A program made the position numbers and the translations under genes. Of a stretch of DNA of 32,399 bases, positions 31,920-32,399 are shown piece after piece (the first letter of the stretch is position 1; every line of letters starts with the position of its first letter). Source of the stretch: Fonticula-like sp. SCN 57-25 (lineage: Eukaryota). The notes under the pieces were generated by a model. The model was not told where the DNA came from, did not search any database, and saw nothing but the letters and a program-made list of their open reading frames with translations. The stretch spans positions 1-32,399 of the forward strand of contig MEDX01000042.1 of assembly GCA_001724245.1 (NCBI GenBank). The letters are read 5' to 3'.

Positions 31920-32399
31920 TTAGGCCGCGTGTGGGCGTCGAATGTTGAGGTCTGCCAGCTTTTGGGTAAGCCCCGCGCGTCTGCTGGACGCCTCCAAATC
32001 GCGACGACGGCGGTGTCTTCCGGTGTCGGTGTCCACCGCGTCCTGAAAAAAGATGGCATCTTCGTCGCCAATCCGTCGATCGCCTTCAGCCGTCCTCGAG
32101 GGTCGAATCCGGCGAGCCAGACAAATGTTGTGCAGCTTGAGCAAGCACATCACGAGGCCTGGCACGGCGTCCAGATCCAGCTCAATAGGGCGCCAGAGGA
32201 CGCCGAAGCGCGCAACAAGCTGACCAAACGCTTGCTCGATGTGGATGCGGGAGCTCGACAGCCAAAAATTGAACGCATCTTTCTCCACCGAAAGGTCTCG
32301 TCCGGGCCAGGGCGTCAGGAGGAAGTCGGAGGCGACGTACGCCTCATCCCCGACGATAAAGTGGTTGCCAGGAAGTCCGTTGGCCGCCAATGCTTGGCT
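31920..32399 (-). CDS. Harbinger/HARBI1-family DDE transposase, C-terminal part (5' truncated by window edge)
   Basis: FIVGDEAY..LLTPWPG..FNFWLSSSRIHIEQAFGQLVARFGVL..LHNIC contains the second D and the E of the DDE triad; the frame is open to the window edge. Confidence 0.93.
   Translation of the reverse strand, partial: SQALAANGLPGNHFIVGDEAYVASDFLLTPWPGRDLSVEKDAFNFWLSSSRIHIEQAFGQLVARFGVLWRPIELDLDAVPGLVMCLLKLHNICLARRIRPSRTAEGDRRIGDEDAIFFQDAVDTDTGRHRRRRDLEASSRRAGLTQKLADLNIRRPHAA

Larger units (their letters stand above)
30198..32399. mobile_element. PIF/Harbinger DNA transposon, left part (right end beyond window)
   Basis: DDE_Tnp_4-type transposase convergent with a Myb/SANT-like partner gene. 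Candidate left terminus GGGCTGTG at 30198 followed by clustered short direct and inverted repeats. The boundary is inferred because the opposite TIR is not visible. Confidence 0.8.

Overview
Gene-dense, GC-rich eukaryotic nuclear DNA from a non-animal lineage; cytosolic Hsp104, an UNC80-like gene and a Con7-type zinc finger suggest a unicellular opisthokont-like protist (inference). It uses the standard genetic code and has many short GT-AG introns, mostly 41-65 nt, so the ORF track fragments most genes. Manually spliced models, in order: unknown nuclear protein; DUSP-family pseudophosphatase (-); RPN10; PH/poly-Pro/WH2 actin regulator; PA-TM-RING E3 ligase; a possible small membrane protein (-); NOP4/RBM28; intronless HSP104 with a perfect heat-shock element; an intronless multi-glycosyltransferase-like protein with GT29 sialylmotifs (-); a Con7-like C2H2 gene; a sulfotransferase (-); tRNA-Trp(CCA) (-); URM1 (-); a 17-exon UNC80-like gene; and the left part of a PIF/Harbinger transposon. 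Most notable are a strongly shifted 5' splice-site consensus (GTRCGC, no +4A in 35 coding introns), the compact UNC80 homologue, the tandem GT protein with degenerate sialyltransferase modules, and the actin-binding protein architecture. I cannot demonstrate a wholly new biological system from sequence alone. All family calls are motif recognition by eye, not database searches.
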